Shown: positions 12,401 through 26,300 of the stretch, piece after piece
Layout: the number at the start of each line of letters is the position of its first letter
Numbering within the stretch: position 1 is the stretch's first letter
Source of the DNA: Orbicella franksi
Taxonomy: Eukaryota
Length of the DNA: 64,000 bases
Direction of reading: 5' to 3'
Assembly: GCA_964199315.1 (NCBI GenBank)
Contig: OZ116709.1
Coordinates: 5,704,001-5,768,000, forward strand
Notes under the pieces: model-generated
The model's input: only the letters and a program-made list of their open reading frames with translations
Database searches by the model: none
What the model was told of the DNA's origin: nothing
Translations under genes and position numbers: made by a program

Positions 12401-15400
12401 TGGCAACTTCCGCCGATTGGTCGACTTTGTCCGTGACGTAATGCTCGGTTTTACAGTCTCACGGACAAATACACGGGTTGGAACAATCGTGTTTGGTACC
12501 AAGCCCTATGTGCTCTTTGGCTTCAACAGTTACACGAACAACGGCGCTTTGTTCAACAGGTTCAATAAGGGTGTCCATTATCCGAAATCAGGGAGCCGTA
12601 TTGGCAGGGCCTTGTTGATGGCCCAAAATCAGCTGTTTCGCAGGAACCCCAGACGGTCAAGGACCACCAAAGTTGTCGTAGTTATCACTGACGGTAGCTC
12701 GATGGATGACGTCGCAGCTCCTTCAAATGCCTTAAAGGCCCGTGGTGTGAGGATCTACTGTGTAGGGGTGGGACGGTACATTAATGGTCGTCAGTTAGAT
12801 ATCATGGCTTCCCCACCTCGCAAGAATCACATCTTCACCGCAGATTGGACTCACTTAGGGATTGTGGTGAACGAACTTAGAAACGCAATTTGCTTAGGTA
12901 GGTTTAAAGTGATGTTGTTTTCAAGTGAACATGTCGAACAGCGCAAGCTTCTAGTCAATAATAGAAGCGTTCGGTACCAACAGTGGCCCGACTGTATTAC
13001 GTGCGATTTTTCTGAGTGAATGTTAAAAGCAGCTTTAAACTGGATGTGAGTAAACATGCTTCAGTGAGAATTATCAAAGCTTACCACAGTGTAAAACCAT
13101 TCTTTTCATAACACTTCTTGTTTTGGGTGGTCATTTACATTTTCAGTGAAATTACTGCGCGCGCACGTCGAAATGACGTCATATTGTGAGAATAAAATGC
13201 ATGGCTTAGGAGAGTAGCCTCCGGCTCATTGCTGTTTCCATTGGAACAATTTTTTGTGTAGAATGGCGTGAAACATAAAACTAGTTTGTTTTTCACCAAT
13301 GAGTTTCTATTAAACATAATCCGTATCAATTGTTGCGTCTCACTTGCAGGTACTGGAGGAAATCTTTTACCAGCGAAGCATCGTGTATGTCTTTGTCCAA
13401 TAACTAGACCAACAAGTAAGTATTTAGTTTCCATTAGACGCGTGAGGGAACAGACATGTCTCCCACGCAATTCCTTTACTTGCCAATACCACCTCAGAGA
13501 TTCGTGCCGAAAAATACTGCACTGATATTGCCTTCCCTGCATGAGAAAAGTTCCAGATTCGAACCGAAAAAATTTCATGCCGATAACGCAGGACCCTGTG
13601 GTTGGAACCTCCCATGTGAAAAGGTCGCGGATACTCCTCCGAAAAATCAAATTAAACCCTTAAAAGAGACCAAGCTAGGCGTGGCTCGAGCTTTATTTGA
13701 CCTCTAAACTCTCAAAGATGCCACTTTGAAACGGAAATACATCGGTTTTTGTTGTTTCTTCACGTCCAACCCTAAAAGATACTTTGCCGGCTGAAATAGT
13801 GGCCTTTCGTCCTGAGCTCCCTAAGTGAGACAGAATTCTTGATTTTTACCCCTAAGCGAGACGACGAACATCCCCGAGCTTTTCAGATGGAAGTCCTCCC
13901 CCCGTGTGCAGAACTGCAGACATTCGTGTTATGTTCCAGATTGTTTGTTGTTCGGTTATGAGTTATCGGCGGTACGTAAGCAAAATGTGATCGTAGACAC
14001 TGCTGGGATCTACTATATAAATAGCGCTACTTCGCCAGGGTGACGACCTCGTCTTGGTTGTCTGTCTTACGGGAAATGGAAATGAGAGCGAGCGAAGTGA
14101 CGTTGGTTTCTTAGGCCAGACACGTTTATATACTATTGCGTCGTCGCTCCTTAGAGAAGACTGAAGTAGAATCAAGTTAAATTAATACATATCCCTTTTA
14201 CTTTTAGGACCGACAACGAAACCAACTAAAAGGCCGCGTAAGTAAATTTAATTGTGGTTGGTCTCTTAATCGTCTTTGTGCGTGCCCGTTAATAAGGCCG
14301 TTGTTCTTGGTATACCATACTGTTTTGACGATAATTTAATTGAACATGTCAAAGTTTTACGTTGTCAAGTTCGTTAAGGGATCTACGAAACTTTTGAAGG
14401 ACTAAACACATTTTCAAAAACATCTGAAATTGTTTACTTGTCAAAACGTTTACTCTTTGAAAAGAACTTATCAAACAATGGTACAGCAATCGTATGCAAT
14501 ATTGTACTGTTTAAACAGGATACGTTGGAAGTTATAATGTTGCTTGGTTTTGAGACGTTTGCGATATCTAGAGTTACTTACTTTAAATCTATTTCTCACT
14601 ATCTATGACTTTGGGAAGGAACAAGAATGAGTGATAATCTTTAAGAGAAGAGATTTTGAAGCGATTTTCAAAGTGATTTTCAAAGCGTGCTCTGTCTGCC
14701 TTGTTGTCCTTGTTGGCGTGTGATAACGAAGTCATGATTTTTTTTTTCATAGGCTTCCCTCGTATTGTTGCATTTTACCCGCTCAGCAGGAAAACAAGAG
14801 GCAGAGACATCAGTTCCAGTCAAAACCCCGAGGGAAAGCTTCATAACGTACGACCGGCACCGGGCCCCGACGGGCTCCCTGATGGCTCTTACTACTTCCA
14901 CGGAACAAAGACCAGCTACATAGATTTTCCTAACAACGGCAAGCTCGACTCAAGATACTCACTGACCCTCCTTGCCTGGGTTTATCCAGAGGGTTCCGGA
15001 CCGATCTTTCACTTCGCCCCCGGTGGAGTTCGCTTCTGGGTCGTTAGGCCCAATACTCTGTTTGTGCGTTTTGTTCGCCGCACAGGGAGACCAACCCGAC
15101 AGCTGATTAGTCGCACGTTGATCCCAAAGCAGTGGAACTACGTTGGAGCATCTTATGACGAGAAGACAGGAATTGCAACCCTGTGGCGCAATTCGCAACC
15201 TGTCAAGTCAGTGTTTATCGGTCGCATTCGCCTCGCTACCAACCGACCGGTCAGGATGGGTGCCTTACCACGTGACTTGCGGTACTACCGTGGTAGGATC
15301 TCTTGCATGCAGGTGTATAGCGTACCTCTGTCTGGACCAGAGATAAAGAGGGCTAAAAGGGTCTGCTTCCGAGGACGTAAGTGATATTTTCAATCTAAGA

Positions 15401-18400
15401 TATATTATTGCATATTACTACGCTTCCAATAGGAAAGAGCAACAGTCGTAAAGCGTTTCAAAGCGTATTTTGCTGTGGTTTTATCGTTATGTTTCTAATC
15501 TTGAAGATAATACTAATCGTGCTATTGGGGCAGGCAACCCTGAAGTTGCCTTAAGTTAACCTCTGAGACAAATTGTGCAATATCTTTTTTCGAACATAGT
15601 CCTTACATTTGATTTCTTTTTTTGTCTGTGTAGGTCCAACGGTAAAACCAACGAAACCTCCACGTAAGTAATTAACAGTCATGTCAGAAATTGCTTAATT
15701 AAATGACAGACTCCTTCGAACCCGTTGTTTGGGATTTAGAAAAAAAGTTGAAACTGGAGGTGGCTGCTTGCGAGAATGAAATTTCGTTAGCGACCACGAT
15801 TTGAAAAGGCAGAGGTTGGGCGTCTACGGTAGCGTCTAACACGTCAGAGATTGGTAGGGCATTAGGTCTGTTCTGAATCTTATAAAGGCCTTTTTTCAGC
15901 TGTGGAATTAAACTGGTTGTTCTTAATTGGTCTGGACTCTAACGTTAAACGCAATCCTAGATGACTCGCAAGTTGCTATATTTTTACCCGTTTTAATTGT
16001 AAAAGTTTCCAAGTACAAACTGAGCATGTTTTGTGTTACGTTAGGTCTTCCGGATGCCGTCGCTTTCTATCCATTGACGGTGAACTATCGCGGTTATGAC
16101 GTCGGTCCTAAAAGAAACCCACCGGGAAAACTATTCAACGTGAGACTAGCACCAGGCCCCGATGGGAGGCGCGGTGGCTCGTACAGTTTCCTTGGATCAC
16201 CCGACAGCTTTATCGAGTTTCCCAACACCGGACCGCTGGACGCTCGGAACTCTATAACACTCCTGGTATGGATCAACCCCAAGGGAGGTGCCGGACCTAT
16301 TTTCAACTACGATCCCAGGGGCTTCGGTGTCCATCTTTGGGTCACACGTGCTGGGAGACTGTTCGCGAGGTTCGTTCGACGCACGCGCGCTCTTACACAA
16401 CCGCTGATCAGTCGAAGACTGAGACGCAAATCGTGGAGTTTTGTCGGTGCCACCTACGACCAGACCACAGGGATTGGGAAATTGTACGTCAACGATAAAG
16501 AAGTCGTTACCAAAGCCATTGGTCGAATACGTTTAGCGACAAACTATCCCGTCAGGATGGGAGCAAGGATACGAGATCGCCGCTACTTCCGGGGCTGGAT
16601 CACATGCATGCAGGTGTATGACGTGGCACTTCCGCTGCGGCTTATCAGGATCGCAAAGAAACTTTGTTTTAAAGGTAGCTGGCTCTCTAACATGTCCATT
16701 TGTTGTTTTAGTCTTGTGAACTGTTTATCACACACAGGCTATAATCAAGAAAATCTTTTCGTCTCTTCAAGAAATAATGCATTGTTTTATCCTAATTGTT
16801 GTATTTTGATTTTCATCAGCTTTCCCTACCCCTGCGCCGCCGACTCCAGAACCATCCCTGCCGCCCGGGAAAAGTAAGTGCTTGTGCTGTTTCTGAAACT
16901 CTTTAAACCTTGATGATAGCATGAATATTGTCATTATTTGTCTCAAACTACTTCTATTGACCGCATTGGTGAGAGAATTTGATTAGACGGATACTAGTGT
17001 AAATGTAGTATTCCTTTTGTGACCAGCTGCTTAATTCTCGTGATGTTTTAACGAGACTTAAATGGTCGGTAAAAGTTAGGGGTAAAAAGGAGAAGTAAAC
17101 CGTCTTTCGAGAGTACGAGGCACCCATTTTACCCTCAACTGGTAGGCGATGTATAAGAATGATCTTTTTAATTACGCCGTCTAACCCAGTTTTTGTGGAT
17201 TGAAGTGAACAGGATTATTTTCTCTTCCCTTTGATTTGAACGGTAGTGTAGGTTAACACTTCCTTCTCCCCGAGTATTTGCTAGCTTACAACCAACAAAT
17301 TGTCGGTGTTCACTTATACACATGATTGAAGACACCCTACGCATGGAAACTGTTGACTTCTGGTGCTTGTAGCTTAACATTCCTACGAGAAGTGAATAGG
17401 GTTATAATTTCAATTTGTTCCAGTCTGCAGAGCTCGCATCGATCTTGGTCTCCTTATTGACGGCAGTGGCAGTCGATACAGATTTAGCCAGATCCTCGCT
17501 CTTGTGCGCCAACTCATCCGATATTTCGACGTCTCCAGAATCTACACCCGCGTGGGTATCATCACATATTCAACCAGTCCCATACCGGTCTCCAACTTTG
17601 CCAGCTACTCGCGCCGATACGACTTATTGAAAGTCATCAGAAAGATAAGATTTCCTCGTGGACGCTCCTACACCGGACGGGCGCTACGCTTTGCCGGGAG
17701 ATACCTGTTTACCGGACGGCGGTCATCTACGCGCGCCAGAGTCCTCGTGGTCGTCATGGGTAGTCGGTCGTCAGATCGCATCAGAAGACCTGCAGAGATG
17801 CTAAGACAAGCCGGGATTGAGATCTTTGCGGTTGAAATGGGTGGAGGGGTCAGGATGACCTCGTTATCTGCCATAGCGACCGATCGCTTCCACGTGTTCT
17901 CGGGAGTAAGGCTGGGACTAAGAAATCTTCTGTCAAAATTGGTGGCTAAGATATGTGCGGCTACTCCAAGAACAAAACCAACAACGAAGGGTAAGTTTGG
18001 CATTTTCGTTTGTGTTGCCATCTTTGGATATGTGCTTTCGATTGAACGTTAACTTCCTTTGTGAGAGAGACTTATTCTTATAGCTAATGCTAACGTAAAT
18101 ATGAATATGTACCAAAATGACCGCTAAAAGGTCAGAAAAGTCTCCCTAAGCTAAGTGGCCTCAGATTCTAAAAGTTAAAAAAATTCAGGCAGACTCAAGA
18201 GAAAGTTGGGAGAATTCATATTTTTAAGCATTCTCCGCCAGCGGTTCATTTGTACTTAGAAGAGGAAGGCAGGAAGACTACACGACTGAGAGATTAAACA
18301 TTTGTGTCTTTATATGGCCCTCACTGCCGGTGAGGGAATTTTGTGATTTAAATTTCAGTATTGCAAGTTGATGATTGTTGTTCTGGGTTTGTATTCTTAC

Positions 18401-21400
18401 AGCACCTACTCCATATGTTACATCTAAGCCAACACAAAAGTTAGGTAAGAAATATTAGTTGTTTGTTTGTTTGTTTGTTATTTTTGGAAACGGGTGTTCG
18501 GTAACCTCCTAGAGGTTTTCTCGAACTCGAATTTCAGCTTTCCCGAACGATTGTCAGTTCCCCTTGAGCTTTGGCGACGCCACATGGTGGAAGAGTCAAC
18601 AGAACTTGAAAGAATGAAGAAGCCAACAGACGCTATTAAAAATGAACTGTCGTTTGTACTCTACTTTATCACTGTTACAGCTCCTCAGGCCGACTAAAAT
18701 CAGCCAATTAGAATACTTTATCATTGAGTAGAGTTTCAGCGTTTCAGAGTTTTCAATCAAAAATTTTTAAGCGTTTGTACCAACCTCGCTACGCTCTATC
18801 CGTAATGTTTAGACCTCTGTCCATGCGCGTGGTTTATAAGATGATACTTGTCCTTTAGGTAGCCTCTAGTGTTCCACCTGATATCTGACCGCGTGTTTCG
18901 TTCTTCCCAACAGTTCCACCTCCGGCAATGGCCATCTATCCGCTCAATGGTATGGAACGCGGAAAGGACATTGGACCCTTTAAAAACCCAAGCGCCAAAC
19001 TTGTCAACGTTGTGTCCAAGAACGGACCAGATGGGCTCCCGGCGGGATCCTACCAGCTCCAAGGATTTGCTAACAGTTTCATATACTTCCCAAATACTGG
19101 TCGCCTGGATACACAGCGTTCCATAACTATCCTACTATGGCTGTGGCCGGAAAGTGCAGGACCGATCTTTCATTACATGCCGCGGGGCATCGGCGTCAAC
19201 CTGCGAATGATCAGCCGCAAGGTTATCCGCGCGGAGTTTGTCAGTCGCGATCGAAAGATAACCAGGAGAATTTCCAGGAGGATACGATCTCGAGTGTGGA
19301 ATTATATAGCTGCTACTTATGATTACCACACTGGTCTTGCCACGATGTGGCTGGATTCAATTCCCATAACCCAGAGGAATATCGGAAGGGTTCGGTTAGC
19401 AACTAATTACCCGGCGATTTCGGGACGGAGGCCCGGAGATCCCCGGCATTTCCGAGGTCGTATCTCATGCCTTCATATTTACAACCTCGCACTGAATTCC
19501 TACCAGATCAGGAAACTTAAGAGATTTTGCTTCCGTGCAAGTAAGTTGATAAAAGTTAACTTGAATTGTTTTTGTTCGTTCGCCCAAGAACAAGAAGAAT
19601 GATTTAAAAGTATCAATGTTGATTCTCGTTTTTCCTGGTGGTCGCTCAGTTATGAAAATTTATTCTGAAACTATTTGCTACACCTCTGCTCGCTTATTAT
19701 CTAGCTAACCAAATAATTTTGAAGGAGCACTTGTAGTAGGCCTATATATGGCTTCAGCTAGTTACATACATGTTGGTTTTAGCAGTTTTGGTAATATATT
19801 TTAACAATACTTTTATTTCTCTGGTTTTTAGGGCCTGTGACACCAAAGCCAACGCCAAGTAAGGTTTAATTAGAAAGTAGAAAATAAAGGAAAAATGCTA
19901 ATTGTAGAAAGTGTATATGTTGCATTTATGTATCCTGTTGGCAAATTCAGAGTGTAGTGTTTTGCGTGTTCCATGCTTTATTTCTCGTTGAGATAGTGGA
20001 TTTTCATTTGAGAAATAGCCCATTTCCGAGTTGCCTTAAGCCTCTCTATCAGAGCGAGGCCTGGTGCACAATCATTCATATGAAAATGGGTTCAGTTTGC
20101 ATGTGAATGAAATCTAATTTTGATATGAAAGGGACATCAAGACTCGCTTTGAGAAAGAGTCTTGAGGTAATTCGGAATTGGCCTGTTATCACACGGTGTT
20201 CTTTCTTACGTTTTGAAATGTTCTAGTTGTTAAATAACCTCCAGAATTAAAAGCATTCAATAACATCACTCAACTTTCACTCCCATGCTGTAATTCACTA
20301 TTTCTTTCGTTTTTAACCCGTGGATTGCATAAGCAAGCTACGGGTTATTGTGGTCGATCAGATTATGCGATGATATGCAAATGAGTGTCCATCTATCATC
20401 CATAAAGTTTTTGGGGTAATTCTGCCGACCTGTAGATATATTTTTCTAAATTTTGATATTATAGGCCTCCCACGTATTGTTGCTATATACCCACTCGATG
20501 AACAATATCAAGGCCGTGACATCAGCAAAAACCGCAACCCAACTGGCAGACTCGTTGGTGTAAGAACAGGTCCAGGCCCCGACGGATGGCCGAACACGGC
20601 TACAGAGTTCTTCGGGAACGCAAACAGCTACATCGAGATCTCGAACACTGGGAAGCTTGACACAAGTCGTTCGATAACCGTTCTGGCTTGGATCCTGCAC
20701 TTGGGGCAAGCGGGACCAATATTTAATTACAACCCCGGTCCTCAATGGGGCGTTCACCTGTGGATGACGAAACCACGGCAGTTCTTCGCACGGTTTGTGA
20801 AACGGAACGGTCGCTTCACCACGCCTCTCGTCACCCATGGCAACAACGTTCGATACAAGGCGTGGAATTACATCGGTGCAACGTACGATGGAAACACGGG
20901 AATGGCGACTCTATGGGTGAATAATCGCCCAGTGGTTCGGACCAACATCGGGCGTATTCGCCTAGCAACGAATCGTCCCGTGCGAATGGGCGCGAAGATT
21001 GGTGATCGACGCTATTTCCGCGGCAGGGTGTCTTGTGTTCAGGTCTACAGTGTGGCGTTGAACCGGAAGCAGATCATCAACGCTGCCAAGAGATGTTTCA
21101 AACGTAAGAATGACCAAGTGTTTCTTATCTTGTGAATATTGACTATATTATATTTCTTTGTTAATATGGCCGTCCCGGCGCGACCCGTGTAATGTCGCCC
21201 AAGAGGCCGAAACAATACTAATAGGACATTTTTTCTCTAATCACTAATCATTCACCGTCCAAGATTACATAACTGCCGAGTGCGTTTGTTTGACGTGATG
21301 ATCGTCACCCCATTGTATGGCTTTATAGACAATATCTGTTGTCCAACGGGGAAGCCCAACACTGACTTAGAGGAATTCCATAGCTTCGAAAACTTTGTTG

Positions 21401-23306
21401 ATCGCGCTGGGAGGTATATAGACAGAAGTTTAAAATCTTTGTATTCCTTTTATTTCGTTAGGACACCCACCCCCAACACCTCCACCACCAGGTATGGATA
21501 TTCTTTTGTTACTTTAAACATTTAGGTGAAACTCAAAATTCTCCTTATCTATTCCATACATGCATTTGTTTTATGTGATGTGCGTTTGTAGTATTTAGTT
21601 TCTAAGTCAGGTCCATTTATATGGTATGATCAGGTTCTTCTTTCCTCTGAGCGATGTACTTGAATTTATTGGAACTATGTAGGGGGAAGGTAGAAATTAC
21701 TCAAAAGTTTTCGCTCATCCTGTCCTTCATTGATCGAACCCACCCTTCTTACTTAAAGGTGGATCCCATAGTTTCTAAATAACTTTTATACTCTTCTTTC
21801 TCAGCCTGCAAAACCTTTGTAGACGTAGGATTCCTGATCGATGGCTCTGGAAGCATTGAATACCATGGTCGTGGTAACTTCAAGCTGATGCTTAACTTCA
21901 TCAAGTCCATTGTCGTCACGCTACCTATTTCAAGAACTCAGTCACGCGTTGGCGCAGTTCTCTTCTCCACGAGTCCCATTCCACTGTTTAGGTTTGGCCA
22001 GCTGAACACTGTCACGCATATACAGCAAGCTATCGACAGCATCCGGTACCCGCGGGGTAGAACGTACATCGGCAAGGCGCTAGCCTTCACCAGGAGATAC
22101 CTATTTAGAGGACGCAGACGCCGTAATCGCAAGCGTATTCTAATCATACTTACAGACGGCATATCACAGGATCGCGTTGCCAGGCAGGCTTCACTGTTGA
22201 GAGCTAAACAGGTGGAGATTTTTACGGTTGGTATCGGAAAAGCGCTCAAAAGGCGTCAACTACTGCGGATTGCTACAGATAGGAATCACGTTTCTGTTGT
22301 ATCATTCAGAGGACTGGCCGCATTGTCCAAGGCGATACGGTCAAAAATATGTCAACTTATCACCCCTACAGGTTGGTACATGTCCTTATCGTGGGGTTGT
22401 TTAAACTATTCTGCGAAAAGTTATCAACGGAAAGATAGTGTTAATTCTGTTGCACCTTAGTAGTTAAAGGGTGAGGATGGCTACTGAAGAAACGGCCCAA
22501 AGTTCTAGCTTTAACTCAGTTTAGTTTTATAGATAGTTTTATAAATTATAGCTACTGATTACGATATCTTCTATAGCCTTACCTGCACCTTGACTTTAAG
22601 TCACCATCATATTCAATGTTCCTCTTAGGGATACGTCTCACGATATTTCTTTATTATTTTCCCCAAATAATCCTCTAAACACTTGCGCCGATTTGGTCGG
22701 ACCAGTTCATCACTCGTTTTCAAAGTGACCTATAATTACAGATCGTAACGGTGAAAACGCATAATTCTGCGTGGGTTTGTTTTGTAGGTTTTAATGTGCT
22801 CCTATTTCCACCTCCCTTCGCATTTGTTATAGCGACCTTCAGTACAACTTTGAACAAGGGCAAATTTAGTGAATAAAAACTTAAGTATGCAGTTATTGCA
22901 TTTAAAATGCGTTGAACTGCTGCTACACACGTGTCCAAATAGAGTATTTATTTTATTTTCTTCTTTTTTAGTTGGACCAATTATACCTACGCCAACTAGA
23001 AGTAAGTCTATATGTTTTCGTTCTCGACTTCTTGCTTGGTATACTGAGAGTATAGGAACGTTGTTTTATTATCTTGATCATTGGAACTGTCCTTATAAAG
23101 TTAAACACGATGATATGGTACCAGAAGCTTATCACTCGACGAGGTGATAAGCTTCTGACGATACTTCTGAAGGTACAATCGTTAACTTATTATTATTTGA
23201 AAATAATTGTAAGTAATAAATAGTAGACCGGGTGGAGTACAATTCAGGGAATAACCGGAAGATCGGAAGAGGGCGCACTACAAGGCCGATTTGAAATTAC
23301 GAGCAT

Positions 23307-23354
<48 letters not shown>

Positions 23355-26300
23355 TAGCAATAACAAATTTTGAGATTGTCAAAATAGTATTTTAAGAACT
23401 TCTTTTGAGCCAAAAAATAGTGTTTTCCGTAAGCTTTAAAAACTGTAGGCAACATTAAGAAGGAAGCTATTGAAGTGCACGTAATTGTCGTGCCAATAGT
23501 GTAGGTATCCAATTACAGATATCCAGTTACAAACAGTTGTAATTGGATACCTATAATTGGACACCCATGTGATTGCGCACCGATTACGTGACAAATGAGC
23601 TCGCGGAGAACCGATCACGTTCGAGAATTTTTTATAAATGCGACTATACAAAATATAGCTTACATGGTAATATCTGTTGCAGTTGTTATACCACAATCCT
23701 TACTCGTGTACGCATTAGACGGTTTGAGACGTGGAAGAGACATCAGCCGAACTAAGGCCCCATCAGCTTCTCTCATGGGTGTGGGTACTGCCCAAGGCCC
23801 AGATGGTCGCCGGGACGGATCTTTACGGTTCTATGGGCGACGAAACAGCTACGTTGAAATTCCTAACACTGGAAAATTGGACGTTAGATACTCAATAACC
23901 ATCCTTATTTGGGTGTTCCATGAAGGCGTATCAGGGCCTATCTTTAATTACAATCCACGAGGCTTCGGCGTCCACTTATGGATGACAGGTCGGCGCCAAC
24001 TTTTCGCGCGCTTTGTGACACGGTCGCGGCGTTTTACGAGGCCGATTACAAGTGGACGTATGAAATACAAGGCTTGGAACTATGTGGGTGCAACCTACGA
24101 CCGAAGGACTCGCATTGCCACCCTGTACATTAACTCGATACCAGTTGCATATAGAAGAATCGGCCGCATACAGTTATCCACCAACTATCCCGTGAGGCTT
24201 GGCGCTCGGATTGGCGACAGGCGTTACTTCCATGGAAGACTCTTTTGTGCGCAGGTCTACAGCCGTGCGCTTAAGAAGAAACAGATTTTCCGGGCCAAGA
24301 GGAGGTGCTTTCTACCAGGTTTGCGTTTGCTGTGTTCTGTTTATAATTGCAGTAAACTATACCCGATTAGGGAAAGAGGGCTTAAGTAGTTTCGTTTTCC
24401 TTAATTTATCTCCTTCGCAGCCTTTATTTAACCCTCACGTTACGTGACGAAGGTAACGCTCCTCTCCACTAAGTAGAGAACAAGGAAACCGTTGTGTGGC
24501 GACCCAAGTAACGGCTATGAAGAATTCAACTCCGCCCCATTCGCCTTTATAACAACAACAAAAGACTTTTGTACTTACTTTGTACTAAGATCAAAAACTG
24601 GAAAAAAAGAAAGAAAAAAGGAAAATAACCATTTTTTCACTGCATGAGAATTATACTACGTGACGAAGAAAGGTGATTTCAAGAATTATACTGAGACTAG
24701 TATGTTTGAATTTACCATCTGACCTCGGTTTCTAGGAGGCTGGATGACACAATCCACCGAGTAAATCTCTATCCAGCGGATAAGTGTTCACAAAACAAAC
24801 CATGGATAGTGATTTATCCAGTGGATAGCGTTACCCACCTTTCGAACTACCGGGCCCTGGGGCCCGTTTCTAGAAAGCCCCGGAAACTTTTCGGGACCGG
24901 AACGAACCTTACGATTACAAAGCTGTTTTGTTCACGTATTCTTAATATGAACAGAGGCTCCCTTCATAGAAGAAGTTTCAGGCGTATACACTTCTCCGTT
25001 TGTAGACACAGATGAACTACAAATGGTTCTACGGGCCCGAAAGGTTTCCGGGGCTTTCGAGAAACGGGCCCCTGGACTACTATATACATTTGGACTTCAA
25101 GCAACTTGTTAAGTTTAGCAAACACCTAAGCCGAGGTAAGGGTTGTCATATATGATTTTCTTTTGCAGTTCCACCTCCTACTGTTCCTCCCAAACCTAGT
25201 CCAACACCAGCCCCACGTGGTAAGGCTGACTTTGTATTTATCTTAGTGAGAGTAATTTATTAACATCATTCGGTCGAAAGCCAAAAAGTAGCGTGTTACA
25301 AAAGATCGTTAGGAAAGACTAAGAACAACAACTAATTATTCCTAGTACGAGGCATTCAGTTGCTGTAAAGCACAGGCCATGCTAAACGAAACTGACGGAT
25401 TTTGATAAGACTTTGTTTTTCTGACTGCCCTACCGTTGGTGTCTACATCATTTTATGCAACTTCTCACGAATGTTAAAGAGCTAAAAAGTATATTCACTG
25501 TGAAAGCCGTAACCTTACTTTCTTTCCCATAAAATGTTTAGTTTGTAGGCAGCGAATCGATCTTGGCTTCCTCGTTGACGCATCCCGCAGCAGATACGGT
25601 TCCCGCGCGATCCTGCGATTCATCAAGGACACAATCAGGCGTTTTGAAGTATCCGTCTCCAAAACGAGAATCGGCATCGTACAGTTCACCTCTAGAGTCA
25701 GGCTGATCTTGCGCTTTGGGAGAACTTACAATCCAGTACGAACTGGCAGACTAATAGACCAGATCCAATTGAACGGTCACGGGGGTAGATACCTAGGAAA
25801 AGCTCTGAGTTACACAGAGCGGTATCTGTTTAGAAGCAGACCTCGTTGCGGACGCAGAAGGGTCCTCATTGTTTTGACAACAGGAGAGTCGCGCGATGCC
25901 GTAAAAATGCCGGCAGGACGCTTGTTTTCATCCGGTGTTGAAATTTATGCGATTGGTCTGGGTACGGTGAGGAGGAAATCACTGCAGCGTATTGCTACTG
26001 TGTGTAAACAGGTGTTTAGAGTCCATACAAGACAACTGGTGTCACTTAGTAGAATAATCCAAGACAAGATTTGCAGTTCAACAGGTTAGCGAGTTTAACG
26101 TTGTTATCATGATAGATCTTGGTAAACTCTTAGTGTAAATCCTTAATATGCACTCCCATTCATACGATTACCTATACTAATACCAGTGCAAGAGGCATAC
26201 TTATTTGGGATTCTTCTCATTGTATAGTAATCGTATCAAGTGGAGCTGTGGCTCTTTACCCATTCACGAGTGCCTCAAGCGGACGTGACGCTAGCAAGTA

